Shown here: positions 1-8,979 of the stretch, in pieces
Position numbering within the stretch: position 1 is the first letter of the stretch
Layout of the letters: each line of letters begins with the position of its first letter
IMG/VR virus record: IMGVR_UViG_3300032323_003671
Location: 9,263-73,262 of that record
Strand: one strand, 5' to 3'
Length of the DNA stretch: 64,000 nt
From: a virus
Notes under the pieces: model-generated
Seen by the model: the letters and a program-made list of their open reading frames with translations, nothing else
What the model was told of the DNA's origin: nothing
The model's database searches: none
Made by a program: the position numbers and the translations under genes

Positions 1-224
1 AGACCAATCCTCAAAATACTAGTCAAAATGTTTCTAATATGTTGTCAGATGAAACAAATAAAGAAAATTCTAAATTTGGTAATATAACACCTAAAAATAG
101 TATATTTGAAAAAGAAATAACTGGTCAAGAAAACAAAAACAATTTATCCCGATTTAGTTCAAGTTTTGATAACCCCATAGATGAAATAGATTTTAATTCA
201 AACGAAGAAGAAACACCATTTTAA
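1..224 (+). CDS. C-terminal part of a gene starting before the window; acidic tail ending EEETPF
   Basis: Frame is open from position 3 to the stop at 224; an acidic ...PF terminus is typical of SSB/helicase-type replication proteins. Confidence 0.5.
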   Translation, partial: TNPQNTSQNVSNMLSDETNKENSKFGNITPKNSIFEKEITGQENKNNLSRFSSSFDNPIDEIDFNSNEEETPF

Positions 225-227
225 ATT

Positions 228-746
228 ATGGAATCAAAAAACAAGAAAATAGAAGAGATTATTTCTATTGTTTGCAATCATCAAAATATTGATCCCAAAC
301 TTATAGAAGAGACAAGTAGAAGACCACCAATACCATTTTTGAAAAAAGTAGTTGCATACATGTTACATAGACATCTTTCATTAAAAACCGAAGCCATTGC
401 CGAGTTGTTGAAATTCAAAACTCATTCAAATGTGGTAACTCACTTGAAACGATTAGACGAGCAAATGAGCTACGATAAAAAGTTGAAAAATGAAATCGGT
501 GAATTGAACACAATAATTATTGAAAAGGGAATTTCAAAGTATTCAAACAAAAATAATAAGTGGTATTTATTTCTGGATTTGAATGATTTTTTCATAGCCA
601 CAAAAGGAGAAAAATCAATCTTATTTCACAACCATACTCTGAATGAAATTGAATTCATATTAGGCGATGGATGGCAAATTACTGAACATACTAAAACCAA
701 TAAATTCTTATTCCAGAATTACAAAAGTTTAAACAACAAAAATTAG
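228..746 (+). CDS. DnaA domain IV (Bac_DnaA_C)-like DNA-binding protein
   Basis: IEEIISIVC..NID..LI..SRR..I...KKVVAYML..HLSL....IAELL..KTHSNVV matches the DnaA C-terminal HTH pattern; no AAA+ domain. Confidence 0.7.
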   Translation: MESKNKKIEEIISIVCNHQNIDPKLIEETSRRPPIPFLKKVVAYMLHRHLSLKTEAIAELLKFKTHSNVVTHLKRLDEQMSYDKKLKNEIGELNTIIIEKGISKYSNKNNKWYLFLDLNDFFIATKGEKSILFHNHTLNEIEFILGDGWQITEHTKTNKFLFQNYKSLNNKN

Positions 747-768
747 TAACCAATCAAAACAAATAAGT

Positions 769-1014
769 ATGACCGAAGAACAATTAGAAGAGTTTAAAAA
801 TTCTGGAATACTTCCCATGGAAGTTTATGATGATACAGATAAAACTGAACCAACTACAGAGATAACTATTTGCGATAGCATTTCAGGTGGCGTACAAGAA
901 ATAGATAACATGCCTAGAACAATTAGTTTAGTTCGATTAAAACTAATTAATGGCAAGTGGAAGGAGTTTCGTGCTGAATATATAATGAGAATGACAGACA
1001 TACCAGGTTTATAA
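769..1014 (+). CDS. hypothetical protein
   Basis: 81-aa ORF preceded by the AGTAACCAAT motif. Confidence 0.6.
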   Translation: MTEEQLEEFKNSGILPMEVYDDTDKTEPTTEITICDSISGGVQEIDNMPRTISLVRLKLINGKWKEFRAEYIMRMTDIPGL

Positions 1015-1034
1015 ATACCCTTAAATAAATTAGA

Positions 1035-1427
1035 ATGGAAATTATTTTTACAAGACATATCGTATCTGCTGAATTAGTGAGTTCAAAACCAGCAAGAGGT
1101 TATTATGTATTTGATACTCGAAAAGTTCGTATTGGCTCTAAATTTTTTGGATTGATTCCTATTTATGCAAAAATGTCTGGAATATTCGATGAAGAACCAT
1201 TTTCTTCTGGAGAATATTATGGATCAATAGATGAATTTAATTCTGCACATCCACATTTTTATTTTGATCAATTAAAAAATCGTCTTTATCATAAAGACCA
1301 TGTAAAGATTGTTCTGAGAAATGGAACTACTACAGATATATATTCAAGATATCCAAAAGTTTTAGAAAATCTTTTCGAAAAAATCAAAACGGAAAAGTTC
1401 ATTGAACTAAAACGAAAAATTTTTTAA
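1035..1427 (+). CDS. hypothetical protein
   Basis: 130-aa ORF in a co-oriented gene run. Confidence 0.65.
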   Translation: MEIIFTRHIVSAELVSSKPARGYYVFDTRKVRIGSKFFGLIPIYAKMSGIFDEEPFSSGEYYGSIDEFNSAHPHFYFDQLKNRLYHKDHVKIVLRNGTTTDIYSRYPKVLENLFEKIKTEKFIELKRKIF

Positions 1428-1502
1428 TCAAAATAAATAAGCATGTATGAACTGCACTTATTTCTTAAAAGACAAAAAAAGTAACCAATAAAATAGAATA
1501 GA

Positions 1503-2108
1503 ATGGAAAGAGAAAAAACAATAACTCATTATGAGGAAAATCCTATTACAATTTCAATTAAAAATCCAACAAACGAACAAAAAAAATGGGTTTTATTTGG
1601 GACAAATGTATTTTTACATGAAGATAATTTTGGTTCGGATGAAGGATTAAAAATTGAGAATAATGGTAATTATTCATATCAATCAATTTTACAAGATTTA
1701 TCAAGCAAAAAAATACCAATAAGTATGTTGAGAATAATGACTGACGTTAAAGTCAATTTTAATCAATGTATTTATTTTGAAAAAATAACTAATAGTACAA
1801 AACAGTTTTCTTCTGATAAAATATCTGAACATCTTGATCGATATCAATTTCAATCAAATATAATTCAAATGCCATGCAGCCTATTTTTAGATAAAGAACA
1901 TACAATATCTGGAAAAATAGAACCTAATTCACAAATGATTTTCTCATTTTATTCTCCAAAATTAGAATCTGAAGAAAAAACTAAATCCAGAAAAATTATC
2001 AAGAAAGAATATTTTTTACTTCGAATGGCAAGAAATATTTATTCAAAAACGAAAACATTTAAAACAAAATTATTGACTTTAATAAAAATAAATAAGCATG
2101 GAAAATGA
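1503..2108 (+). CDS. paralog of the putative major capsid protein
   Basis: Shares N-P..I.I.N.T.....VLFG.N.F, SY..., D.YQFQS.I and FSFY/ISMF blocks with 28160..28912. Confidence 0.65.
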   Translation: MEREKTITHYEENPITISIKNPTNEQKKWVLFGTNVFLHEDNFGSDEGLKIENNGNYSYQSILQDLSSKKIPISMLRIMTDVKVNFNQCIYFEKITNSTKQFSSDKISEHLDRYQFQSNIIQMPCSLFLDKEHTISGKIEPNSQMIFSFYSPKLESEEKTKSRKIIKKEYFLLRMARNIYSKTKTFKTKLLTLIKINKHGK

Positions 2109-2376
2109 AACAACTAAACCATTGACACTTGGAGAACAGAGATGTCACATTGACTTCAATCCTTCAGCAGATGATAAGATTGGAAAATTCAAAAGAATGA
2201 TGGCTGATGCTATTGACTTTCTTAATCAGGAAGATAAAGACACAGAATTAAGAGGAGATGAATATATGGAGCAAGCAAGATGTTTTAAAATCGCAATGGA
2301 ACATTTAGAAACAGCTCAAATGTATGGCGTTAAAGCAATTTCCAAATCACTTAAAGTAACCAATAAAAATAAATAA
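2098..2376 (+). CDS. Acb2/Tad1-hairpin-like small helical protein (candidate anti-defence nucleotide sponge)
   Basis: C-terminal ARCFKIAMEHLETAQMYGVKAI resembles the R..A.A.T.LE.A.MW..KA helix of Acb2/Tad1-type proteins; 92 aa. Confidence 0.5.
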   Translation: MENETTKPLTLGEQRCHIDFNPSADDKIGKFKRMMADAIDFLNQEDKDTELRGDEYMEQARCFKIAMEHLETAQMYGVKAISKSLKVTNKNK

Positions 2377-2378
2377 AT

Positions 2379-2999
2379 ATGCAAATCACAGAAAACTGGG
2401 GTAAAGACGAAAACGGTGAACAATTGTACATTGAGTTCGGTAAAAATGGCCAAGGAATCACAGAAGAATTGGTCGCCATTGGAAAAAGAATTGAAGAATT
2501 GAGTAAACAATACAATGTTTACCTTCATCACGAAAGTTTCATAGACACTGCGGATGATGTGTACACTTTGAAATTTCAGCTAGTTAAAAAAGAAAATACC
2601 TTAACTAATGAAAGTCGTATTCCATTGCAATCCTTAAAAGTTTCAGAAAGCACATGTAATTGGAGTCCAGATCAAAAAATGGATACATGCAATTGGATTC
2701 CACCTACAAAATCAGATACATGCACATACCCTTTTCAAAATGAAACACCCGAACCAAAATTTGTCGAGTTTGAAACCCCAGAAACAAGAAGTTTATCCTT
2801 GGATTTAGTTTCTCCAATTCGTGTTGTGGATCTTGATAAAGGAAGTTTTAAAATTGTGGATTCCGAGGATTCAGAATACTTCTTTTACCAAACTAAAACA
2901 GGAAAACTTGCCTATGATGGTTGTTGTGTTGCTGTTGAGAACAAACAAAAGGTATTTGATCATTTGGAGACTCCTAAACCAGAACAAGAAGCAAAATAA
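2379..2999 (+). CDS. hypothetical protein
   Basis: 206-aa ORF with internal TCNW.P repeats; preceded by AGTAACCAAT. Confidence 0.65.
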   Translation: MQITENWGKDENGEQLYIEFGKNGQGITEELVAIGKRIEELSKQYNVYLHHESFIDTADDVYTLKFQLVKKENTLTNESRIPLQSLKVSESTCNWSPDQKMDTCNWIPPTKSDTCTYPFQNETPEPKFVEFETPETRSLSLDLVSPIRVVDLDKGSFKIVDSEDSEYFFYQTKTGKLAYDGCCVAVENKQKVFDHLETPKPEQEAK

Positions 3000-3181
3000 A
3001 AATAAAGAAGTATGAACGCTTACTATCACTATAAATATAGTAATGGATTACAATTTGTATCAACTGCAAACGAAACAATAATAAGATTAAAAACAGATTT
3101 CGGTTGCGAAATACCAAAGTGTATAGGCGTTTGGAGATTTAAGAAAGTAAACAAAAAAGTAACCAATAAAAACAAATAAAT

Positions 3182-3559
3182 ATGAAAGAAAAATCACTTC
3201 ACAACACAACTGCAAATGGCGCAAAAGAGAACGTTAAAGACATTCAATTTTGGGGCGATGAGGATACATTCCTTTTAATTTCAAAAGCATCTTCTGAATC
3301 GGAAGGTTGGATGAAATCAACCAAAGCAATGCCTGCAGGAAATTCAGTTGTAGTTCAAGTAACGACACAACAAAGAAATCCAAACCTAACTAATTCAATT
3401 GCCGAAGCATTGACTACTGTTGATAATGCCATTATTTGGGAATTGATAGGCCAAGATGGTAAAGCAGAATATCGCTGTATTGTTCAAAGAACAGACAAAC
3501 ATAAAGGAATGCGAACATACAAAACAAGTAACGGGCAAATCATTAATTCAGAACAATAA
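3182..3559 (+). CDS. phage hypothetical protein
   Basis: 125-aa ORF preceded by AGTAACCAAT. Confidence 0.65.
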   Translation: MKEKSLHNTTANGAKENVKDIQFWGDEDTFLLISKASSESEGWMKSTKAMPAGNSVVVQVTTQQRNPNLTNSIAEALTTVDNAIIWELIGQDGKAEYRCIVQRTDKHKGMRTYKTSNGQIINSEQ

Positions 3560-3599
3560 GCGAAATAAAATCAAATCTTTTTAAAAGATTGATTGGTTT

Positions 3600-3671
3600 A
3601 TTCACGTGGCGGAATTGGTAAGACGCAAGTTATTTATACGAAAGTTATAGGTTCGAATACTATCCTGAATA
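3600..3671 (+). pseudogene. degenerate tRNA-like element
   Basis: D-arm TGGCGGAATTGGTAAGACGC, T-arm ATAGGTTCGAATACTAT, acceptor ATTCACG/CCTGAAT-A (one mismatch); no proper anticodon stem. Confidence 0.55.
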
Positions 3672-3685
3672 CAAAGCAAACAAAC

Positions 3686-4345
3686 ATGCAAATCACAGAT
3701 AAAATATCAATTACTAATGAGGATAATATGGCATTGATGTCTCGTTATCCAGATAAGTATTTTGATTTGGCGATTGTAGATCCTCCCTATGGCATTGGTG
3801 AAGATGGTGCTAAAAACCATTCTCGAAACAAAGCAGCAAGAGCCACTAAATACACATCAAAAAGTTGGGATTGTTCTCCACCTTCTATTGAATATTTTAA
3901 TGAATTATGTAGAGTTTCTAAAAATCAAATTATATGGGGCGCAAATCATTTCATTAGTCGTATTCCTTTAGATAGCAGTTGTTGGCTTGTTTGGAATAAA
4001 TTAAATTCTGGAGATTTTGCAGATTGTGAATTAGCATATACTTCATTTAATTCATCTGTTAGAAAGTTTGACTTTAGATGGAATGGAATGATTCAAGGTG
4101 ATATGAAAAACAAAGAAATCAGAATTCATCCAACTCAAAAACCTGTTGCACTTTACAAATGGATTCTTGACAAGTATGCCAAACCAGGTGATAAAATACT
4201 TGATACCCATTTAGGAAGTGGATCAATAGCGATAGCATGTCATGACTACGATTTTGAATTGACTGCATGCGAGCTTGATTCCGAATATTACCAAAAAGCA
4301 ATAGAAAGAATAAAAAAACATACTAATCAACAAAAACTATTTTAA
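3686..4345 (+). CDS. DNA N6-adenine/N4-cytosine methyltransferase (beta class)
   Basis: DPPY, HPTQKP and DTHLGSGS motifs; start moved from 3593 to ATG 3686 because the extension overlaps the tRNA-like element. Confidence 0.9.
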   Translation: MQITDKISITNEDNMALMSRYPDKYFDLAIVDPPYGIGEDGAKNHSRNKAARATKYTSKSWDCSPPSIEYFNELCRVSKNQIIWGANHFISRIPLDSSCWLVWNKLNSGDFADCELAYTSFNSSVRKFDFRWNGMIQGDMKNKEIRIHPTQKPVALYKWILDKYAKPGDKILDTHLGSGSIAIACHDYDFELTACELDSEYYQKAIERIKKHTNQQKLF

Positions 4346-4654
4346 ATGTCGAAACAAAAAATTTACATTGCTGGCCCAATTACTGGATATGATTTATCAG
4401 AGCGTGATGCAACTTTTAAGAAATATCAATTATTTCTAGAAGACAATGGTTTTGAGGTTGTAAATCCTATGACCTTACCACATGATCATGATAAAAGTTG
4501 GGAAAGTTATATGCGTGAATGCATTACTGAATTAGTGAAATGCGACAAAATATTTTTAATTCCAGATTGGCATAAATCAAGAGGTGCAAAATTAGAGTTC
4601 GAAATTGCTGATAGTTTGAATATGGGAATGATTACTTACAGTGGAAATTTATGA
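4346..4654 (+). CDS. DUF4406 / nucleoside deoxyribosyltransferase-like protein
   Basis: KIYIAGPITG...VVNP...W..YMR.CI..L..CD.I....W..SRGA.LE pattern. Confidence 0.8.
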   Translation: MSKQKIYIAGPITGYDLSERDATFKKYQLFLEDNGFEVVNPMTLPHDHDKSWESYMRECITELVKCDKIFLIPDWHKSRGAKLEFEIADSLNMGMITYSGNL

Positions 4655-4797
4655 TTAATATTAAATTCAAGAAGTGTCTCCCATTTACTCACAAATGGAT
4701 ATTATTCAATTACGATGGATACAGTAAAATCTTTTGGTGTAAAAAATGCGATAAAGTCAAATCAATAAAAATTAGTAACCAATAAAAATAAATAAAC

Positions 4798-5310
4798 ATG
4801 ATTAATTATTTTCAAGTAAAAGTAAGAGTAACAAGAACTATTAAAGGTAAACCAAAAAGAGTTTTTGAAAATTACCTAGTATGGGCGCAATCATTTACAG
4901 AGGCCGAAGCGAATATCATGCAATCTCTGTTAAATCCAGAAAGAGAAAATTTCGAGCAAAACAAAACAATGACTATCAATGCCATTGATCGATTCCAGAT
5001 TGATGATATTTTTGGTTCAGATTTTTCTGAGAAGTATTGGTTAGTAAAAGTTGACTACAATGTTCTAGATGGTAAACCAGTAAGATTAAAATATCTTATC
5101 AATTCAGCATCACCTGAAAAAGCATCAAGTGAATTGCTTGAAATTATTGCAAAGAATGAATCATCATCAAGATTTGAAGTTACCTCAATTTCTGCTTCTT
5201 CAATTTTAGAAGTTTTCACTTATGAAACTTCAAATTCAACTACAAATGAAAGCGCAGAAGAATCAGAAGAAGTTGAAGAATCAGAAGAAATGAATGTTAA
5301 CGAAGACTAA
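4798..5310 (+). CDS. DUF4494-like protein
   Basis: ENYLVWAQSFTEAEA motif typical of this Bacteroidota family; acidic tail. Confidence 0.65.
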   Translation: MINYFQVKVRVTRTIKGKPKRVFENYLVWAQSFTEAEANIMQSLLNPERENFEQNKTMTINAIDRFQIDDIFGSDFSEKYWLVKVDYNVLDGKPVRLKYLINSASPEKASSELLEIIAKNESSSRFEVTSISASSILEVFTYETSNSTTNESAEESEEVEESEEMNVNED

Positions 5311-5312
5311 CC

Positions 5313-5516
5313 ATGACTTACATTAAAGGAAATCGAATTAATTCTTGTCTCTATGAAAGAAATATGACAAGATCTGAATTGATTGATAAAACTGGTATTG
5401 ATGCATCCATGATGTCAAAAATTATTAATGGTTCAAAAAAGGATCTTAGATTGACAACAGCTCATCGTATTGCCAAAGCACTAGATTATCCATTAGAAGT
5501 AGTTTTTATTTTGTGA
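5313..5516 (+). CDS. XRE/Cro-type HTH transcription regulator
   Basis: MTRSELIDKTGIDASMMSKIING..DLRLTTAHRIAKAL. Confidence 0.85.
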   Translation: MTYIKGNRINSCLYERNMTRSELIDKTGIDASMMSKIINGSKKDLRLTTAHRIAKALDYPLEVVFIL

Positions 5517-5518
5517 TT

Positions 5519-5671
5519 ATGTTCAAAGTAGGAGATAAGGTTAATATAAAAAACCTAACACAGACAGGAGTTATTGTAGAAATCAGAAAAGACAAATTCA
5601 AGATTGAACTTGATGGTGGTTTCGGATTTTGGGTAGTTCAAAAAAACCAAATTTCATTGGTTGAAAAATGA
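5519..5671 (+). CDS. small KOW/SH3-like protein (50 aa, not in ORF track)
   Basis: MFKVGDKVNIKNLTQTGVIVEI...; stop overlaps the next ATG (ATGA). Confidence 0.6.
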   Translation: MFKVGDKVNIKNLTQTGVIVEIRKDKFKIELDGGFGFWVVQKNQISLVEK

Positions 5672-6780
5672 AATCAATCAAAGTAGGATCAGATTTTTCT
5701 GGTGTAGGTGCATTTAACCAAGCACTTATGCGTTTAGGTATCGATTTTAAAGAAGTTTTCGCATGCGACATGGACAAGTATGCTAGACAAACTTTTATTG
5801 CAAACTATGGAGAGCCTGAGTACTATCCACTGAATGTTTATGATCGAGAAATACCAAAAGAATCTTTGGATATCTATATGACTAGTCCTCCCTGCCAAGC
5901 ATTTAGCCTGGCAGGGAAAAGACTAGGTAAAGACGATAAAAGGGGAATTCTCTTTTTCAATAGTCTTGAATTCATTCAGAAAAATAAACCAAGGTATTTC
6001 ATTTTTGAAAATGTAAAGGGATTACTTTCTGATGATGGTGGCAAGACTTTTCAGGAATGGGTGAATCTTTTAGGCGGCAAATCAGTCAATGGCCTACCAG
6101 TTTTATTTCCATACGAAGAATCAGTGCCTTATCATCTATATTGGAAAGTTCTCAATGCAAAGCACCATGGAGTTCCGCAAAATCGTGAGCGAGTGTTCTT
6201 GGTTGGCATTCGAGATGATTCCGACAACAAATTTCAATTTCCAAGAGAGGAGCATTTATCCAAACGATTAAAAGATGTGCTTGAGCAAGAAATCGATCCA
6301 AAGTATTTTCTGAGTGAGAAATTATTATCCTATTTTGCAGACCATAAAGAAATGCATAAAGAACGTGGTAATGGATTTAAATTTGAACCTCATACAGACA
6401 CCACAAAGGTATCAAATGCCATCAGTACAAAATGTGGAAGTAGACAAACAGATCCATTTATTAAAATAAAATCAGCTACGACCAAAGGTTACGAAGAGGC
6501 GCAAGAAGGTGATTCAATAAATTTCAGCGTTCCGAATAGTGAAACTAGAAGAGGCCGAGTTGGAAAAGGAGTAGCTCAAACTTTGGATACTGCTTGTAAT
6601 CAAGGAACTTTAAAATCAGGAGAAATTCGAAGGCTTACACCTAGAGAATGTTTCCGATTAATGGACTTCCCAGATACATTTACTTGGCCTGTGTCCGACT
6701 CTCAAGCATACAAGCAAGCTGGCAATTCAATTGTGGTTGGAGTATTGTACAAAATAATTGCAAAATTCAAACTTAATTAA
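5668..6780 (+). CDS. dcm: DNA cytosine-5 methyltransferase
   Basis: FSGVGA, SPPCQAFS, ENVKG, PQNRERVF, RRLTPREC and QAGNS motifs. Confidence 0.95.
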   Translation: MKSIKVGSDFSGVGAFNQALMRLGIDFKEVFACDMDKYARQTFIANYGEPEYYPLNVYDREIPKESLDIYMTSPPCQAFSLAGKRLGKDDKRGILFFNSLEFIQKNKPRYFIFENVKGLLSDDGGKTFQEWVNLLGGKSVNGLPVLFPYEESVPYHLYWKVLNAKHHGVPQNRERVFLVGIRDDSDNKFQFPREEHLSKRLKDVLEQEIDPKYFLSEKLLSYFADHKEMHKERGNGFKFEPHTDTTKVSNAISTKCGSRQTDPFIKIKSATTKGYEEAQEGDSINFSVPNSETRRGRVGKGVAQTLDTACNQGTLKSGEIRRLTPRECFRLMDFPDTFTWPVSDSQAYKQAGNSIVVGVLYKIIAKFKLN

Positions 6781-7268
6781 TGAGTTCAAAGGCATCTATC
6801 GGTACACTATACATTAACAATGGTAGTGTATCGATTATTGAAGAAAAGTGTTTTGTCTTGGATTCAAGTCGTAAATACTTTCTATTTGATGTTGTTCCCA
6901 TGGGTGCAGTACGCATGTCTCAGAGTGATAAATGGAAATTAAATCCTAACCACCACAATATTCTTCAAAGGCAAAGACCAGAGGTTACTAGGTATTTCAG
7001 ATTTAAAAGAACTATCAAAGAACAATCGGTAAAAATGGGATATGTTCAAGATGCAACACTTGAAATTATATTTTTAGTTCCAATGCCAAGCAGTTGGTCC
7101 AAAAAGAAAAAGGAAAGACAAAATCGAATGCCTGTAAAAACAAGACCTGATATCGATAACTATGTAAAGGCATTTTTGGATGCATTATTAGTTGATGATG
7201 GATTTGTTTGGAAAATAATTGCAGAAAAGAGATATGCATACAAGGGATCAATTATCGTTTACAAATAA
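6780..7268 (+). CDS. rusA: RusA-family Holliday junction resolvase
   Basis: RPDIDNYVKAFLDAL..DD..V motif. Confidence 0.85.
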   Translation: MSSKASIGTLYINNGSVSIIEEKCFVLDSSRKYFLFDVVPMGAVRMSQSDKWKLNPNHHNILQRQRPEVTRYFRFKRTIKEQSVKMGYVQDATLEIIFLVPMPSSWSKKKKERQNRMPVKTRPDIDNYVKAFLDALLVDDGFVWKIIAEKRYAYKGSIIVYK

Positions 7269-7271
7269 GTC

Positions 7272-7460
7272 ATGAGTAAAAATATTTTATTTGGAACTAT
7301 CAAAGTCCAAGAAGGAAAATCATCCAAAACTGTTGAAAAGGCTGTGTTCATAGAAGGATCAGAATACTATGTTTCGCATGCAGATAAAAAACAACCACCA
7401 AGAAAAATACTCCAGGTAATCGAAACTAAAATAATTGGCAAAACAAATCAAAATGCTTAA
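7272..7460 (+). CDS. hypothetical protein
   Basis: 62-aa ORF tightly packed in the operon. Confidence 0.55.
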   Translation: MSKNILFGTIKVQEGKSSKTVEKAVFIEGSEYYVSHADKKQPPRKILQVIETKIIGKTNQNA

Positions 7461-7656
7461 AAGACATATACTTAAAGCGATATCTTATAGAATGTTAGGT
7501 ACGCTTCAAACAATGACTATTGGATATTTCTTTACAGGAAGTTTTATCATTTCAGGATCTATAGGAATAACTGAATTGTGCGTAAAACCAATGATATACT
7601 TTCTTCACGAAAGATTTTGGTACAAGTACGTTAAGTTTGGATTGGATAAAAAATAA
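7453..7656 (+). CDS. DUF2061 membrane protein
   Basis: KRH..KAISYR..GT...YFLHERFW pattern; ATG 7453 preferred. Confidence 0.8.
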   Translation: MLKRHILKAISYRMLGTLQTMTIGYFFTGSFIISGSIGITELCVKPMIYFLHERFWYKYVKFGLDKK

Positions 7657-7685
7657 AAAGGGAGACTACTATTATTCATCTCCCC
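7657..7685. terminator. intrinsic terminator between convergent units (U-tail on - strand, ends the tmRNA)
   Basis: GGGAGA...TCTCCC hairpin followed by TTTTT on the - strand. Confidence 0.7.
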
Positions 7686-7930
7686 AGTTTTGTTCCTAAG
7701 CTACTGCTCGTAGTTTAGGAAACATTTCAATAACGTTTCCGTTTATTTTTTTTGTTGACCAAATTCACACCTCTTTCTAACTGTCAAAACCAACGACATC
7801 CCCAATGAACTTTGGTAGGTTTGCAAGATGCCTAACTACCAGTTGACAAACACTTGTGGAGATGGAGGGATTCGAACCCTCGTCCAAATTAGCGACTAAT
7901 GTCAATTCGATATTTCTATCAAGTCAACGT
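7657..7930 (-). ncRNA. ssrA: circularly permuted (two-piece) tmRNA; tag (A)GNVIEMFPKLRAVA
   Basis: T-arm GAGGG-TTCGAAT-CCCTC plus CATCTCC-A (to 7857) lies upstream of the 5' end GGGGATG (7803); acceptor stem with G3:U70; inter-piece pairing; tag ORF 7740-7696 after ATAAAC. Confidence 0.9.
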
Positions 7931-7931
7931 T

Positions 7932-7939
7932 CAAAGATA
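7932..7939 (-). promoter_or_regulatory. Bacteroidota -7 promoter element for the tmRNA
   Basis: TATCTTTG matches TAnnTTTG immediately upstream of the acceptor piece. Confidence 0.7.
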
Positions 7940-7945
7940 AAATAA

Positions 7946-8509
7946 TTATTTTGATTCAGGTCTAGTGTAATACCAAAAAGCAAGAGCAAAAGCTGTTAAG
8001 CCTAATCCAATTGCAATATTACGATACTGAGTGGCAGTCAATCCTGATTTGTTGAAAGTATCGTTAGATGGGCTATATCGAAAATGCCAATCTTCTCCGA
8101 TTGATTTTCCTTCATCCCACATCCAACCATATTTCTCACCATTTTTCTTTACCCAATCTTGTGCAGATTTTGGATATAAGTCAATAGCTAATCCATAACC
8201 ATGATTTGATTTACAACCTTTTGAAGTGGATGGATCAGCTGCAACTGCATTTTTGCCAGCTTTATATTTTTCCCACAGACACCATTGTGTAGCACCACCT
8301 TTGCAATTACGCTCAGTGTAGTCTCCTTTTCGACCACATTTACGATAAGAAGATACCAAATTAAAAGTTACTCCAGAATCCTCTGCAGCAGCTTTCATTC
8401 TCAAATAAGAATCGGCAGCAGTTTTGAATAAAGCATGATTACCTCCAACACTTTTTAATACAGAGCTAGATAGTTTACCATTCTCACCGATTCCTTCTTT
8501 GTATGCCAT
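7946..8509 (-). CDS. M15B (VanY-like) peptidoglycan peptidase with C-terminal membrane anchor
   Basis: SSYR, SNHGYGLAID, EDWHF; hydrophobic C-terminal helix. Confidence 0.85.
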   Translation of the reverse strand: MAYKEGIGENGKLSSSVLKSVGGNHALFKTAADSYLRMKAAAEDSGVTFNLVSSYRKCGRKGDYTERNCKGGATQWCLWEKYKAGKNAVAADPSTSKGCKSNHGYGLAIDLYPKSAQDWVKKNGEKYGWMWDEGKSIGEDWHFRYSPSNDTFNKSGLTATQYRNIAIGLGLTAFALAFWYYTRPESK

Positions 8510-8979
8510 TATTTTACAGTTGTAACGACAGTTTTATCAGGTTTCATAATCGTAAACTCTACTCTACGATTTTTATCTCTACCTTCTGAAGTTTCATTAC
8601 TTGCAATTGGCATGGATTCTCCTTTTCCATCGGTAGCGATTCTTGAAGCATCAACTCCTTTAGAAACTAAATAATTAGAAACTGCAATGGAACGTTTTTT
8701 AGAAAGTTCTAAATTGCTTGCATCACTACCAACGTTATCGGTATGTCCAACAATTTTAATTTTCCAGGTTGGTTCTTTCACCAGTACATCTGCTAATTCA
8801 TCTAAAAAAGGAAAAGATTCCGCTTTGATAATTGCTTTACCATATTCGAAATTCAGATTATCAAACACATCTCTCAATGTTTGTTTGTCGGTCTTGCGAT
8901 ATTTAGTATAGTACCAAATACCTCCAATTAATAGAAGTATTACTGCGCCAAGTGCGATTTTTTGATTTTTTTTCATCAT
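8509..8979 (-). CDS. OmpA-like peptidoglycan-binding protein with N-terminal TM helix
   Basis: LNFEYGKA, GHTDNVG...NLELSKKRS..V, G.GES.PIASN, NRRVEF. Confidence 0.95.
   Translation of the reverse strand: MMKKNQKIALGAVILLLIGGIWYYTKYRKTDKQTLRDVFDNLNFEYGKAIIKAESFPFLDELADVLVKEPTWKIKIVGHTDNVGSDASNLELSKKRSIAVSNYLVSKGVDASRIATDGKGESMPIASNETSEGRDKNRRVEFTIMKPDKTVVTTVK

Noticed and set aside
3593-3685. N-terminal extension of the methyltransferase with a GGIGKT Walker-A-like string
   Set aside because: It is a translation of the tRNA-like element; ATG 3686 gives a normal MTase start
7854-7886. Stand-alone tRNA gene or attP-like tRNA 3' fragment
   Set aside because: The matching 5' acceptor strand, inter-piece helices and tag ORF lie downstream, so it is better explained as a permuted tmRNA; no integrase in the window
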